From Candidatus Bathyarchaeia archaeon (lineage in GTDB: Archaea > Thermoproteota > Bathyarchaeia > Bathyarchaeales > Bathyarchaeaceae), in the NCBI GenBank assembly GCA_035283685.1, contig DATETJ010000003.1, forward strand, positions 842-64,841: DNA of 64,000 bases, written 5' to 3'. The notes under the pieces are model-generated. The model was not told the DNA's origin, made no database searches, and worked only from the letters and a program-made list of their open reading frames with translations. Each line of letters starts with the position of its first letter. The first letter of the stretch is position 1. The position numbers and the translations under genes are program-made. Below, one piece after another: positions 35,279 to 45,743 of this stretch.

Positions 35279-35407
35279 TCAATGCACTTGCGGCTAAACT
35301 AGAAAGGCAACTTATAGTTAAGTGTCTCTAGCCTGGAGAGCGGTCTGCTGATCTCCTTCTTGGTTCATGTTTTCGAAGCAGTTTTTTTGGGTTCTTTGAA
35401 TTCGCAG

Positions 35408-35887
35408 CTAAAGTCCTTTCCAGCCCATGGAGGGTGGTTCAATGCCCATCTGCCAAAGGAGCGCTATCAATTCGCCTCTGTGATGAACTTCCTCTTCGAA
35501 TACGTGAATTAGAATGTCTTCCGCTGTCACCTTGACTGTTCCGTCGTCGCCTTTGAGCGTGTACTTCTTGTTGAGCCCGTCATCCGGCAGTGAGTAAAAG
35601 TAATCCGCAACTCGTTTTTCCACAAATTCCATGTAAGCTCTGACTTCCTCAAAGGACCTATATTCGCTGAACTTCTTCTTGGAATGAAGGGATTTTTTCT
35701 GCAGGCAATCTAGCCAGTAGTCTATCGCGCCCAAAGTATGGATGAAAATATTTCTGATTGAGTGAAAGCTCGCTTCTCTGTTCATGGTGAACTCTTTCCA
35801 AGACAGCCTAGTTAACGTCTCAAAATATCTGTGTCTCACGCTCTCATTGTATTCGAAAAGTTTTCTCATGTCAACCACTATATACAC
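35408..35887 (-). CDS. DinB-superfamily protein
   Basis: Helical-bundle His pattern: IRNIFIHTLGAIDYW and EEEVHHRGELIALLWQMG. Confidence 0.65.
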   Translation of the reverse strand: MYIVVDMRKLFEYNESVRHRYFETLTRLSWKEFTMNREASFHSIRNIFIHTLGAIDYWLDCLQKKSLHSKKKFSEYRSFEEVRAYMEFVEKRVADYFYSLPDDGLNKKYTLKGDDGTVKVTAEDILIHVFEEEVHHRGELIALLWQMGIEPPSMGWKGL

Positions 35888-36243
35888 CCCAACTATGGAT
35901 TAGGATGGGCGGGTGTTAAAAAGCGCTTTCTCAAGCGGGCAGTCTTAGCATGATCTAATGAGAAAGAGATGCCGTTCAAAAAGCATCGACGCTGGCTTCT
36001 GCTATTGTCGCTGCAAGTGGCTTTGGCAGCAATCTCCGCGTGTCTGTAAGTGTGTGCCTTTTCTTTACTTCGATGTGAGTTCATTAGAGTTGCGCCAGAG
36101 CCTATCCCGTTTTGTGCTCGCTTTGGTTGTGAACGATTTTGTGGTGGTGTCGCAGCGGTTTGGGGTTTTGGCGACTAGTTCCGAAAGTCGTATAAACAGG
36201 ATGGCGCAGAATCTTCGAGATATCCCAAGAGAGAGGAGAGAGA

Positions 36244-36720
36244 ATGTCAAAAAGCAATTCTTCGAGTTTCTTTGTCGGGTCATTGATAACTAGTCTTGTG
36301 GGCGCTTTTCTGCTGGTTCTTGAAGATTTTGCGGGTTGGTATAACTATGGATACTACGCGGAAAGTTGGGGTTGGATCGGTCTGAGTATTGACACGCCAT
36401 TAGCCGTTGCATTAATACTTGTCGTTGTTCTAGCTTTGCTTTACACTTCCTTTATCTCGGTTAAAGGATTGCAGTTAAAGGGAGAGATCAACAAGCGAAC
36501 AATTAGATCTGGCTTAATAGCTTCTTCACTTGCGTTTGTAATCGTCTTGGTAGGAGCCATTACGTTTGTAGTGAGCATCCTAGAAAGCGAACCTTCCGAA
36601 TGGTGGTTTGGAGCCGGATTCTACGGTGGCTTGTTAGGCTCAGGACTCACTGCCCTGCTGTTTTTCTTTCAACATCGATCCCCAGTTGAAGCTAATGCCA
36701 GTGGCTCAACACGGCCGTAA
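36244..36720 (+). CDS. integral membrane protein (hypothetical)
   Basis: 158 aa with 4 hydrophobic helices. Confidence 0.5.
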   Translation: MSKSNSSSFFVGSLITSLVGAFLLVLEDFAGWYNYGYYAESWGWIGLSIDTPLAVALILVVVLALLYTSFISVKGLQLKGEINKRTIRSGLIASSLAFVIVLVGAITFVVSILESEPSEWWFGAGFYGGLLGSGLTALLFFFQHRSPVEANASGSTRP

Positions 36721-36828
36721 ATGACGAAACGGATCACTCAATGCACTTGCAGCCAAACTGGAAAACCGCCCTAAAGTTAATCTTCTCTGCTCTGTGAGAC
36801 CGGCTGATGTCTGCTGATTTCTCTTTTG

Positions 36829-37605
36829 TCAGAGTTTACCTTTGGCTTGCATGGTGCGCAAAGCCATGAAGTATGCGAAGGCGCCCAATAGGGCAAAGGG
36901 GATGCTTGCAAGCAACATATTTGCCAAGAACCAAGGTTGCACAGGTAAACCGCCAAAAGCGAATTGACGGATGGCTTCTGCTGCTAGGCTGAGCGGATTT
37001 GCAGCGGCTAAGCTCACAAGCACGGGTGGCAAGTAATTCTGGATCACGTCGATTGGGTAGAAAACAGTGCTGAAAGTCAGTAGCGATGCTTGAACGATTT
37101 GTTGGAAGGCGAAGAAGTATTCTCCATGAGTGGATGCAAAAGCTGCTAGTGTAGCTGCAATGCCGGCGAGTCCCATGGCAAGGACAAAGAGAAACGGTAG
37201 CAGAATGAATATGGTTGACACTGCTTGTGCTGGAAGGACAAGAAGGGCGATTATGAGGAGTGAGCTGGAGTAGACTAGAGCGGCGAGTCCTCCTGCAAGT
37301 AGGTAAGCTATGACTAGTCCTTGGGTGCTTATGGGCAGAGACAGGTAGTATTGGATTACGTTTTCTCTCATGGCTAACCATATGCGTCTGCCCGTGTCTA
37401 GGGAAGCGGCGAACAGTCCCATAACGACGACTGCTGGAACGAAGAATTCGAAATAGTTGAAGTCCATTAATCTTCGGTAAACCAGAGCTACAACGAGCAT
37501 GTCTGATAAGTTAAGGCTTAGCAGTATAGCCATCAGCCATTTTGTTCTGAAGAAGTAGGAGAAGTCGTTGCGCGCAACCTGCAGTATGCGTTGGATTTCG
37601 CTCAT
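36829..37605 (-). CDS. ABC-2 type transporter permease
   Basis: 258 aa with 6 TM helices. It is coupled by a 4-nt overlap to the upstream permease. Confidence 0.75.
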   Translation of the reverse strand: MSEIQRILQVARNDFSYFFRTKWLMAILLSLNLSDMLVVALVYRRLMDFNYFEFFVPAVVVMGLFAASLDTGRRIWLAMRENVIQYYLSLPISTQGLVIAYLLAGGLAALVYSSSLLIIALLVLPAQAVSTIFILLPFLFVLAMGLAGIAATLAAFASTHGEYFFAFQQIVQASLLTFSTVFYPIDVIQNYLPPVLVSLAAANPLSLAAEAIRQFAFGGLPVQPWFLANMLLASIPFALLGAFAYFMALRTMQAKGKL

Positions 37606-38363
37606 CCGCTTTTGACGCCCTCAACAAGTCGTTGAAGTAGAAATGCACCTAAGCCGAGAGTGCTGACTGCTAGAGCTGTGAGCACGGCTGCCGCGTACAC
37701 TGGGTTTAGCAGTAGACTGGGGTCGAATCCTAGGAAAAGCCGCACCAAGTCGGCTCCGTAGGTGAGCGGACTTAGCAGGGCGGCGGTGGCATATTGCGGG
37801 GGCAGAAAGATGAGGGGATACAGCACGGTGCTGAAACGAATTATTAGGGCACCTACCGCAGCTGTGATTGCAGCATAGATGTCGGCTGAGCGAAAAGCTA
37901 TGAAGGACAGAGCGAGCATTAGTCCTGCCACGCCGAAGCCTAGCCAAAACAATGTTGCCACAACGGCTACCGCTGAAATCGCTGTAAAGTTTCCAATTAG
38001 CAACAAAGTCACTAAAAGGGGAACCGACAGCAACAGGGCTAGTTCCACTCCGCCTTGAAAAGTTATTGCTAGAAATAACGTGCGGCGCGGGATGGGGAGA
38101 CTGAGCAAGTAGGGCAATCGTCCCTCATGAGCGTGCTCGACAAAGTGGCGACCAGTGTGTGATCCGATTTCAAATGTCATCATGACCACAAAGCCAACGG
38201 CGTAGAACTGGAGATAGTTAGTTATTCCAGTGACTAGCCTCGAGATTAACGCGCCGTACACGGCAAGCTGCAAGCCGAAGAGCAACCACTCGATAATTAT
38301 CCATACGGGAGGATTCAACTCATGTTTCAAGTCGAACCAGATTATACGTGTGACGTTACCCAA
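37602..38363 (-). CDS. ABC-2 type transporter permease
   Basis: 253 aa with 6 TM helices. It overlaps the ATPase gene by 8 nt. Confidence 0.75.
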   Translation of the reverse strand: MGNVTRIIWFDLKHELNPPVWIIIEWLLFGLQLAVYGALISRLVTGITNYLQFYAVGFVVMMTFEIGSHTGRHFVEHAHEGRLPYLLSLPIPRRTLFLAITFQGGVELALLLSVPLLVTLLLIGNFTAISAVAVVATLFWLGFGVAGLMLALSFIAFRSADIYAAITAAVGALIIRFSTVLYPLIFLPPQYATAALLSPLTYGADLVRLFLGFDPSLLLNPVYAAAVLTALAVSTLGLGAFLLQRLVEGVKSG

Positions 38364-39312
38364 CTGTTGGTGTTGCCTCCAGAGCGCGACCTGTGAAGTG
38401 CAGAAAGACGTCGTCTAGGGATGGTTCGGTCACTCTTACCGACACTACGCGTACGTTCTTTTTGTAGCATAGTCTGGTCATTTTTGGGACCCACGACTCT
38501 GCCATTGACACGTAGGCGCGAAACTGATTCTCTTCGGTGGACGCAACTTTCACCGTGCCTTCTATTTTCTCCAGCGCTTCTAGCAAGCCAGTTTTGTCTG
38601 AGGCTTCAACTTGCAGTTCAACTATGTCGCCCCCGGCAATCTTGTCTTTCAAGCTACGTACGGTGTCGCATACAACGCTTTTTCCCTGATCCAGAACTGT
38701 GACTCGGTCGGCTAGGTATTCTGCTTCGCGGACTTCGTTTGTGGCTACGAGTATGGTTGTGCCTTCTTCCCTTAGTTTTCGTATGTGCTCCCATATTGTG
38801 CGCTTGCCACGGAGGTCGACTTGGCTGCTTGGTTCATCGAAAATGGCGAATGGCGGACGTTGAATCAACACTTTGGCAACTTCCAATCGTTTTCCTTGTC
38901 CACCTGACAAATGCATGAAAAGCTTGTTTCGCGCATCCCATAGTTCCAATTCCTTCAGAATTTGTTCGATCATGGGTTCTCGTTTGCTCTTTGGAACTCC
39001 GCATATGGTGGCGTGAAATCGCAGTATTTCTGGTGGTTTGTGGCGCCAAAAACCACGAGCCTCTTGAAAAGAGATGCCTAGGATTTGGCGGACACGAGTT
39101 GGCTGCGTTATAACGTCCAAGCCCTTGACGCGTGCCACGCCTGACGTTGGCTTGAGCACCGTGGCTAGAATGAGAAGAAGAGTGGTCTTTCCTGAACCGT
39201 TTGGACCTAGCAGAACCATGATTTCTTTTTCGTCGACAGTGAAGTCTAACCCTTTGAGTGCCGTTGCTTTGCCGTACTTTTTCACGAGGTTCTCTGTCTC
39301 TACTGCAAGCAT
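38356..39312 (-). CDS. ABC transporter ATP-binding protein (DrrA-like)
   Basis: Walker A GPNGSGKTT, signature LSGGQGKR, Walker B FAIFDEPSSQVD and a C-terminal accessory domain. Confidence 0.85.
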   Translation of the reverse strand: MLAVETENLVKKYGKATALKGLDFTVDEKEIMVLLGPNGSGKTTLLLILATVLKPTSGVARVKGLDVITQPTRVRQILGISFQEARGFWRHKPPEILRFHATICGVPKSKREPMIEQILKELELWDARNKLFMHLSGGQGKRLEVAKVLIQRPPFAIFDEPSSQVDLRGKRTIWEHIRKLREEGTTILVATNEVREAEYLADRVTVLDQGKSVVCDTVRSLKDKIAGGDIVELQVEASDKTGLLEALEKIEGTVKVASTEENQFRAYVSMAESWVPKMTRLCYKKNVRVVSVRVTEPSLDDVFLHFTGRALEATPTVG

Positions 39313-39536
39313 TAGTTGAGGCTCCAGTTCAAGATGCAGTCTCCATAGGTATGCAGACTAATATAAAAACCGTAAGACAGAATCCTCGTGGATGGGGCGT
39401 ACTATAGAGAATTGTTACATTAGCTTATTATAGAAGATGTGTTCAGAACCAAGTGTGCGGGCTGAAGCAAGACTCAATGCTTATCCATTGACTTCCTCTC
39501 ACAATTTCACCCTACCCGACCCGCACACTATGCAAG

Positions 39537-39875
39537 TTACATTCTTCGGGGCGGATGAGCCAGAGCGTAACGCCACTTTGCAGCATCCCTAGCCATCAAG
39601 AACCCTCTCGACGTCAGCCTGTATCTCGCCAACTCTTGGCTCTCCACGGGGCTTGTGGCTCTAATGGCACCAGAAACCACCAAATGGTGCAGATACTTGT
39701 TTACTTGGTCAAGGCTTAGGTTGGCGTCTCGCATGATGCGGGTTTTAGTTTTTCCTTTAGGGTCACTGTTTATCGAATCAAAAATATCGCTGATAATGCT
39801 GGTTCTATCCCGATACTTGAAGCCTGAGAGAAGCATCTTTCCAAAGAGCCAGTTAAAAGTTGAGCAGGCGTACAT
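39537..39875 (-). CDS. winged-helix DNA-binding protein
   Basis: DRTSIISDIFDSINSDPKGKTKTRIMRDANLSLDQVNKYLHHLVVSGAI resembles small archaeal wHTH regulators. The start is uncertain. Confidence 0.5.
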   Translation of the reverse strand: MYACSTFNWLFGKMLLSGFKYRDRTSIISDIFDSINSDPKGKTKTRIMRDANLSLDQVNKYLHHLVVSGAIRATSPVESQELARYRLTSRGFLMARDAAKWRYALAHPPRRM

Positions 39876-40211
39876 ACCTATCGCTTTCCTATATCTGTAG
39901 CACTAGGAAAATAATTCTTTCGATAACTGCTCATCGCGAAAGCGCCTATGCATGATTCGTCTATAGAGAATTCCATCATCAAGGTTTTATAGAACCTTGC
40001 CAGCCGCTGACATTGGCGTGGGCAAAGTCTATCATGAGAGTGCCGGTTCGGCAGGCGTTATTTCTCTCTCACTCGATGAAGCTGCTCGATGAAAAATCAA
40101 AGTGATTGAGTAATCTGATAGACGCCCAGAACGCCATGAGGTCGCTGAGATCAGCCTAGGCAGGCGAAGATATCTCCCGCTATCCCGAATTTCTTTCGGA
40201 TGCAGATATCC

Positions 40212-40220
40212 TTTTATATT
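40212..40220 (+). promoter_or_regulatory. TATA box upstream of the integrase
   Basis: TTTTATATT lies about 35 nt upstream of ATG 40253. Confidence 0.45.
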
Positions 40221-40252
40221 CAGAGGGAACTAAAGAGTTAGCCGATTAAGAG

Positions 40253-41434
40253 ATGAGTGCTCAAGAGTTTCTGGATTACATTGCGAAAAGCAAGGCCAAG
40301 AACACTAACAAGTCCTATCGGAATGCTGTCAGAAAATTTGCAGAGTGGTATAAAGGCACGTACTCGGTTGAGCAGCTAAATGAGATTCTGCAAGAGAGAA
40401 AAGACTCAATGCAGGGCAAGGGTCCCCAAGAAAAACGAAGATTCGAAAGGCTAGTCGAGGAATGGCACAGAACACAGCTCAACAGCGGGGCCAGCATCAA
40501 CTCCGCAAGAAACCGCTACGTTGCTGTAACACAGTTTTTCAAGTTCTTTGATCTAGACCTGAACACAGCTGTTATCCCGAGCGAGGTAAAGAAAACCATG
40601 ATCTCAGAGAAAGATTATCCGCTTACGGTTGAAGACCTCAGGGCGATGCATAAAGTTGCTGACCTTCGGGGCAGAACCATTCTGCTTATGGCAAAAGATC
40701 TGGGACAGCGCCTTAGCGACTTCAAAATGATCAAGGTTGAACAGCTGCCGAACTTGGACTCTGAACCGCCAATTCCGTTCAGCATCGAAACGGGTAAAGA
40801 GCATGTTCAGACGAAGGGCTTCTTGTCCGCAGAGACCGTTCAAGCTCTAAAAACCTATCTCGAGACACTACGGAAGAGAAAGAAGCCTTCCCCGTTTCTT
40901 TGGCCGTCGAATGGAAAACACCCGCTTGATGAGGACAGCTTTGGAGTATGGCTGAAGAATTTGGCTGAAAAGGCTGGAATCAAGACCGGTAATCAGAAGT
41001 TGACTTTTCACTGTTTCAGACGTTTGCTCATGCGGGCCGCTATCGAAACAGGCGTTGGCTTAACAGCGGCCAAATTGATGGTTGGAAAAGCTGTTGAAAA
41101 AAGTGACGAAACATACATTGCGAAAGCTAGGCTGGATAAGGTATTCACAAAACTCAGCAAATACCTCAACGTAACGGGTACAGTCGAAGAGAGAAAACCA
41201 CTGCAAGACTTGATAGTTCAACAAGAGAAAGAAATATCGAGCCTCCGGAAACGTATCGAGGCAATTGTGGAGCAAATAAAGGAATACGAAGAGACCTTTG
41301 ATTCAGTTGTAAGAGAATTCGCAACTCTGATTTTGGTGCTTGCTGAACGACTTGGTGATGAAACAACGCTCCGAATGCTGCATGAGGCAAAAGAAAGGCT
41401 TGACCAGAAACTTGTGGAGAAAGTGCAAGAGTGA
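40253..41434 (+). CDS. tyrosine recombinase/integrase with a ~100-aa C-terminal coiled-coil extension
   Basis: N-terminal SAM-like domain (NTNKSYRNAVRKFAEWY). Catalytic pattern: Arg in DLGQRLSDF, HxxR in FHCFRRLL, and Tyr in SDETYIAKA. A heptad-rich tail follows (QEKEISSLRKRIEAIVEQIKEYEE...). Confidence 0.8.
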   Translation: MSAQEFLDYIAKSKAKNTNKSYRNAVRKFAEWYKGTYSVEQLNEILQERKDSMQGKGPQEKRRFERLVEEWHRTQLNSGASINSARNRYVAVTQFFKFFDLDLNTAVIPSEVKKTMISEKDYPLTVEDLRAMHKVADLRGRTILLMAKDLGQRLSDFKMIKVEQLPNLDSEPPIPFSIETGKEHVQTKGFLSAETVQALKTYLETLRKRKKPSPFLWPSNGKHPLDEDSFGVWLKNLAEKAGIKTGNQKLTFHCFRRLLMRAAIETGVGLTAAKLMVGKAVEKSDETYIAKARLDKVFTKLSKYLNVTGTVEERKPLQDLIVQQEKEISSLRKRIEAIVEQIKEYEETFDSVVREFATLILVLAERLGDETTLRMLHEAKERLDQKLVEKVQE

Positions 41435-41578
41435 TTTTGCCAATATGAAGCACGGCTACGAATAGTCCTGATAGAAGAGTACAGAATATTTGATGGCAAG
41501 CTTTATCGCCGCTAGCAATAGCGACGATGGTCGAGCTAAAAGAGAACTCGAAAATCCCTTCAAACTGCAGTATCTGGA

Positions 41579-42007
41579 GTGGGAGTGATTGGAAACGTGA
41601 CGCTTGAGATGACTTGCGAATGGTCGGAAAAGGGTGCCAGCGTCTTAGACTTGGATATGCGCTATTCAAATGTGGAATGGGGCGGCCTAGTCAAAGACTG
41701 CTACCAGCTGACACTCACCAGTTTTGGCGCCACAAAAGAGCGCATCAACCAGATTAAGCAACTCCAAGTCTACGATAATATAGTCTTGGGCAGCCCGTGT
41801 ATGCTACCGTTCAAAGACGAATGCTTTGATCTGGTCTTTGCTATGAACGCGGCTTTGCCATCTGACACAAAAGGCACATGGGCCATGATAAATGAGTGCA
41901 GGCGGGTTGCGATAGAAAAATACTATGCGCGGTCTCCATACCCATCGCTTGCAGTCATCGTCGGCTTCGTCAAAACAAGAAAATGCAGGATAATTTCAAT
42001 ATCATAG
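41579..42007 (+). pseudogene. possible SAM-methyltransferase remnant
   Basis: GTG-start ORF with LGSPCMLPFKDECFDLVFAMNA (post-motif II/III-like) but no intact GxGxG. The upstream frames are broken. Confidence 0.25.
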
Positions 42008-42533
42008 ACGAACGAGATGACGGTTAGGGACATGCATGGTATTGAGATGGGAGTGGCGAAGCCATCGCCACAACGTACAGGAAGATGAAGCTGCATGAAT
42101 TTCAGAGATTCACTAGATAGAGTTTTGGACAAATTGCTTTGTGGGAATTGCGGACCAGAATATGAAAGAATCGCAGGCCTATTCTGCCCTATGTGGTGCT
42201 ATCGGCGACGATTCAGAAATGAGATGTATTGGGCTCTTCATTTGAACGTGATTGTAGCGTTTCTCCTAAGATTCTGAATTCTGGGAGATGAACAAAGCTC
42301 TTCTTAGCTAGCTATGTTAATGCTAGCGCTCGTGCATGCGGTTCTCTGCTGGAGTCATCTAGCCGGAGTTACGAATGAAGGTCAAGTCTACTGTCGCAAA
42401 CACGGAGGCACGTGGATTCAAGGTCTGAAATGCTACAGTTGCCCAGATAATCAGCTTCGCAAGAAAGGAGGCGGTAAAGAGGTCCATTAGAGATGGTGCG
42501 GGCTCAGGGGTGGATTAGCTCGCGCTTAGCACA

Positions 42534-42542
42534 ACTTATAAG
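42534..42542 (+). promoter_or_regulatory. TATA box ACTTATAAG upstream of hsdR
   Basis: The same 9-mer as at 45334-45342. It lies about 30 nt upstream of ATG 42569. Confidence 0.5.
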
Positions 42543-42568
42543 ATCATAAGAGTTCTATCGTTTACTTA

Positions 42569-45307
42569 ATGTCAAACGAGGAATTCTCAGGTTCAATGGG
42601 CGAAAAACGCACCAGAGAAAAATACATTGATCCTGAGATATCGAAGAGAAAATGGATTCCAAAATACGTTGAAGAAGAAGTCAATTCCGTCAAGTCCGAT
42701 TTTGTCGACAAAAAACTTGTGTTCTATGATGGCCACCCTGAGAAAGGTGTTGACAGATTCATAGACTATGTATTGCTCGATGAAGATTATTCGGTTTTAG
42801 CCATCATCGAAGCAAAAGATTTTTCCAAAAATGAGGAAAAGGGACGAATTCAAGCTAGAACATACGCAAAAGACATTGAAAAACAAACCACTAAGAAAGT
42901 GCCTATTTTTCTTACGAATGGCAAAATCTGGCGTTTCATTGATGAAGATGGAATAGAGCGCAAGGTCAGTGGTGTCTTTAGTCAAGAGGATCTCAGGCGA
43001 AGAGGAGATCTCTATGGCAAAAAGAGAAATCCATCTGACGCAAAATTTGAATCACGGATAATTGATCGATCTAAGAACAGATACTTGGTTCAGAAGTTAA
43101 GTGAACACTTCTCAGAAGGACATAGAAAAGCTCTTGTTGAGATGGCCACGGGCACTGGGAAAACAAGAGTTGCGATGGCGATTATTGATCGCCTTATAAA
43201 TTCCAATATGGTTCGAAACGCTTTGTTCATTGCCGATCGAACTGCTCTTGTGAACCAGGCAGAATCAAGCGGATTTCAACAGTTTTTTACCGAGCCAGTT
43301 GTAGATCTTCGTAAGGGTTTTTCTACTACTGGGAGATTGTATGTTTCCACAGTGCAAACACTGATGAGTGGCAAGCCAAGGCTAGCTGAACAGTTTAGTC
43401 CTGGTTTTTTTGACATAATTGTTTTTGATGAAGCTCATAGATCCTATTATGACAAGAATAATTTCATTGACGAATATTTCGATGCCATCAAAATAGGACT
43501 TACTGCCACACCTAGAGAACACGAAACAAAAAACACTTACGACCTATTTGGGTGTGAGCAAGGTAAGCCAACAGTAGAGTATTCCTATGATGAAGCCATT
43601 ATCGACAAGATTCTAGTTCCGTACAAAGCGGAAATAATAGACACTGAGAGATTGTCTCTCGGCATCAAAGGCTCGACATTGACGGAAGCTTTGAAGGATC
43701 AACTCAGACGGCAGGAAGTCAATCCAGAGCAAGCCGAATATGCTGGTTCAGATTTTGATCGGGTGTTCATGGACGACAAGACCAATGAAGTGATAATTAG
43801 AGAATTTATGAATAGTTGTTACAAATCTGATGAAGGCAAGCCTTGTAAATCTATATTCTTTTGTGCGAGTCAGAGACACGCCCAACACATGAAAAGAATC
43901 TTTGGAATCATTGTTCCGAATCTCAGCAATGACGTTCAGGTTATTACGTCTGAAATGTATCGGGCAGACGATGAGGTAAAACGGTTTGGCTTAACATCTG
44001 AGCCAAGGATTGCTTTGTCTGTTGGCATGCTAGATACGGGCATAGATGTTCCAGAAGTGTGCAACCTAGTCTTCGTTAAGCCAGTTTTTTCCCATATCCG
44101 GTTCTGGCAAATGGTAGGAAGAGGAACAAGAAACCGAGAAGCCTGTAAGCATCCTATTTGGTTGCCGAATAGAGAGAAGAATGATTTTCTAATTCTTGAT
44201 TTCAAGATAGGAGGGCATTCTAATGTCTATTATCATCAGTTCGAAGAAACAAAAGAAAAATCCGCTGCTAAAGATGTTATTACTCGGATATTCGAAAACA
44301 GAGTGAAACTCTTACAAAAATCCCTTGATGAAGATCAAAAGAAAATCATCTCAAACAAGATTATAGCATCTATAGACGAGTTGGATAAAGAATCCTTCAT
44401 TCTGCGGGAGAAACTGCCAACACTTGAAAAAATAAAAGGAGAATCATTTAATCTCCAGAATTATGTCAATGAACTAATGAGAGAGATAGCACCTCTAATG
44501 ATCTTTAATCAGGGCAGGAATGCGAATATTTCCTCTTTCATACTTCAGACAGAAAAACTGTTTGGCTATGTTTTAGACAGAAAGAAAGACCTGATAGAAA
44601 ACGTCAGACACTATGTTCAGGAGATGTGCGAGAATATTCTCCGAAAAGATAATCTAACGGAAATAAGGAAAAACAGAGACATTATAATACGTGTACTGCA
44701 AGAGGATTTCTGGGAAGACCTAACATTCAATGACGTTGAGTTCTTAGTGGTACAAATCGCACCATTAATGAAATATTATGAACCAGAGCCAACGAAAATC
44801 GTCCAGGTGGATGCTCCTGACATTGTCTTGCTCAGAGAAAAATACCTAATGGAAATCAAGGAAGATGAAGAGTTGAAGAAATTCCTGAACGTAAATCCTA
44901 TTATCAGGAAGATTCGTGATGGTGAAGGAATAACGCCACCTGAATTGGCGGAATTGGAGTTCGAGCTGTCTTCATTGAGACCTGGTCTCACAGTTGATAA
45001 TGTTCAAAAGTATCAGAATATTGATTTTCTGTCGTTTCTGCATAAAATAATGGGTCTTACAGAGAAATCCGATCCAAAAGAACTAATCGAATATGAGTTT
45101 GACCAATATGTCCTTGCCAAAACAGAATACAATTCTAAGCAATTGGCATTTCTAGCCGTGTTGAAAAAGGTCTTTGCCAATAGAAAACGCATCGGACTCC
45201 CGGATCTGGCAAATCCACCTTTATCCAATGAGCGTCCTCTTGATTTTTTCAAGATAGAGGAATTGAAACTCATTATTGAAAAATGTAATCGAATCAAGAT
45301 GCGATAA
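42569..45307 (+). CDS. hsdR: Type I restriction enzyme R subunit (COG4096/EcoEI-like)
   Basis: N-terminal PD-(D/E)xK (IDYVLLDEDYSVLAIIEAKD). SF2 motifs MATGTGKTRVAM, FDEAHRS and LTATP. C-terminal EcoEI-R-like tail. Confidence 0.85.
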   Translation: MSNEEFSGSMGEKRTREKYIDPEISKRKWIPKYVEEEVNSVKSDFVDKKLVFYDGHPEKGVDRFIDYVLLDEDYSVLAIIEAKDFSKNEEKGRIQARTYAKDIEKQTTKKVPIFLTNGKIWRFIDEDGIERKVSGVFSQEDLRRRGDLYGKKRNPSDAKFESRIIDRSKNRYLVQKLSEHFSEGHRKALVEMATGTGKTRVAMAIIDRLINSNMVRNALFIADRTALVNQAESSGFQQFFTEPVVDLRKGFSTTGRLYVSTVQTLMSGKPRLAEQFSPGFFDIIVFDEAHRSYYDKNNFIDEYFDAIKIGLTATPREHETKNTYDLFGCEQGKPTVEYSYDEAIIDKILVPYKAEIIDTERLSLGIKGSTLTEALKDQLRRQEVNPEQAEYAGSDFDRVFMDDKTNEVIIREFMNSCYKSDEGKPCKSIFFCASQRHAQHMKRIFGIIVPNLSNDVQVITSEMYRADDEVKRFGLTSEPRIALSVGMLDTGIDVPEVCNLVFVKPVFSHIRFWQMVGRGTRNREACKHPIWLPNREKNDFLILDFKIGGHSNVYYHQFEETKEKSAAKDVITRIFENRVKLLQKSLDEDQKKIISNKIIASIDELDKESFILREKLPTLEKIKGESFNLQNYVNELMREIAPLMIFNQGRNANISSFILQTEKLFGYVLDRKKDLIENVRHYVQEMCENILRKDNLTEIRKNRDIIIRVLQEDFWEDLTFNDVEFLVVQIAPLMKYYEPEPTKIVQVDAPDIVLLREKYLMEIKEDEELKKFLNVNPIIRKIRDGEGITPPELAELEFELSSLRPGLTVDNVQKYQNIDFLSFLHKIMGLTEKSDPKELIEYEFDQYVLAKTEYNSKQLAFLAVLKKVFANRKRIGLPDLANPPLSNERPLDFFKIEELKLIIEKCNRIKMR

Positions 45308-45308
45308 T

Positions 45309-45330
45309 TATGTAAACCTTGGTTTACATA
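45309..45330. promoter_or_regulatory. perfect 10-bp inverted repeat (putative operator)
   Basis: TATGTAAACC-tt-GGTTTACATA, sitting 3 nt upstream of TATA ACTTATAAG (45334-45342) and about 36 nt upstream of the RHH gene ATG. Confidence 0.5.
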
Positions 45331-45365
45331 AATACTTATAAGTTGAGCTGCACTTAGGCTTACGC

Positions 45366-45743
45366 ATGGAATATCGAACAGTCTCTGCTAAACTTCCGAG
45401 TAATGAACTTACCTTATTCAGAGCACATTGTGAAAAGAAGGGGGTGTCTCCAGCTTACCTGATCAGGGAGTTAATCCTGAAAGAAATGAGAATCACAGTT
45501 CCACATGCGGTCGCAGGCAGAAACATAATCAATTACGATAGAAACAAAGATTCCTTTACATGGTCCGTTGAACTTGACACTGGAAAAACTGTCGAGGTTC
45601 TGAGAAACGTTTCACCAGTTTTTGTTGAAAATCTGAATGACATTATCACACTCGGCATGGGAGAAAGAACGTCTTTTCTTCGAAAGAAGAGAGAAGATTC
45701 TGTCCCTGTTCCAAGTAATATTCTAAGGAGAAAAAGACAATGA
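45366..45743 (+). CDS. ribbon-helix-helix (CopG/Arc-like) protein embedded in the R-M locus
   Basis: VSAKLPSNELTLFRAHCEKKGVSPAYLIRELILKEM follows the beta-alpha-alpha RHH pattern. Its stop overlaps the hsdS start (ATGA). Confidence 0.6.
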   Translation: MEYRTVSAKLPSNELTLFRAHCEKKGVSPAYLIRELILKEMRITVPHAVAGRNIINYDRNKDSFTWSVELDTGKTVEVLRNVSPVFVENLNDIITLGMGERTSFLRKKREDSVPVPSNILRRKRQ

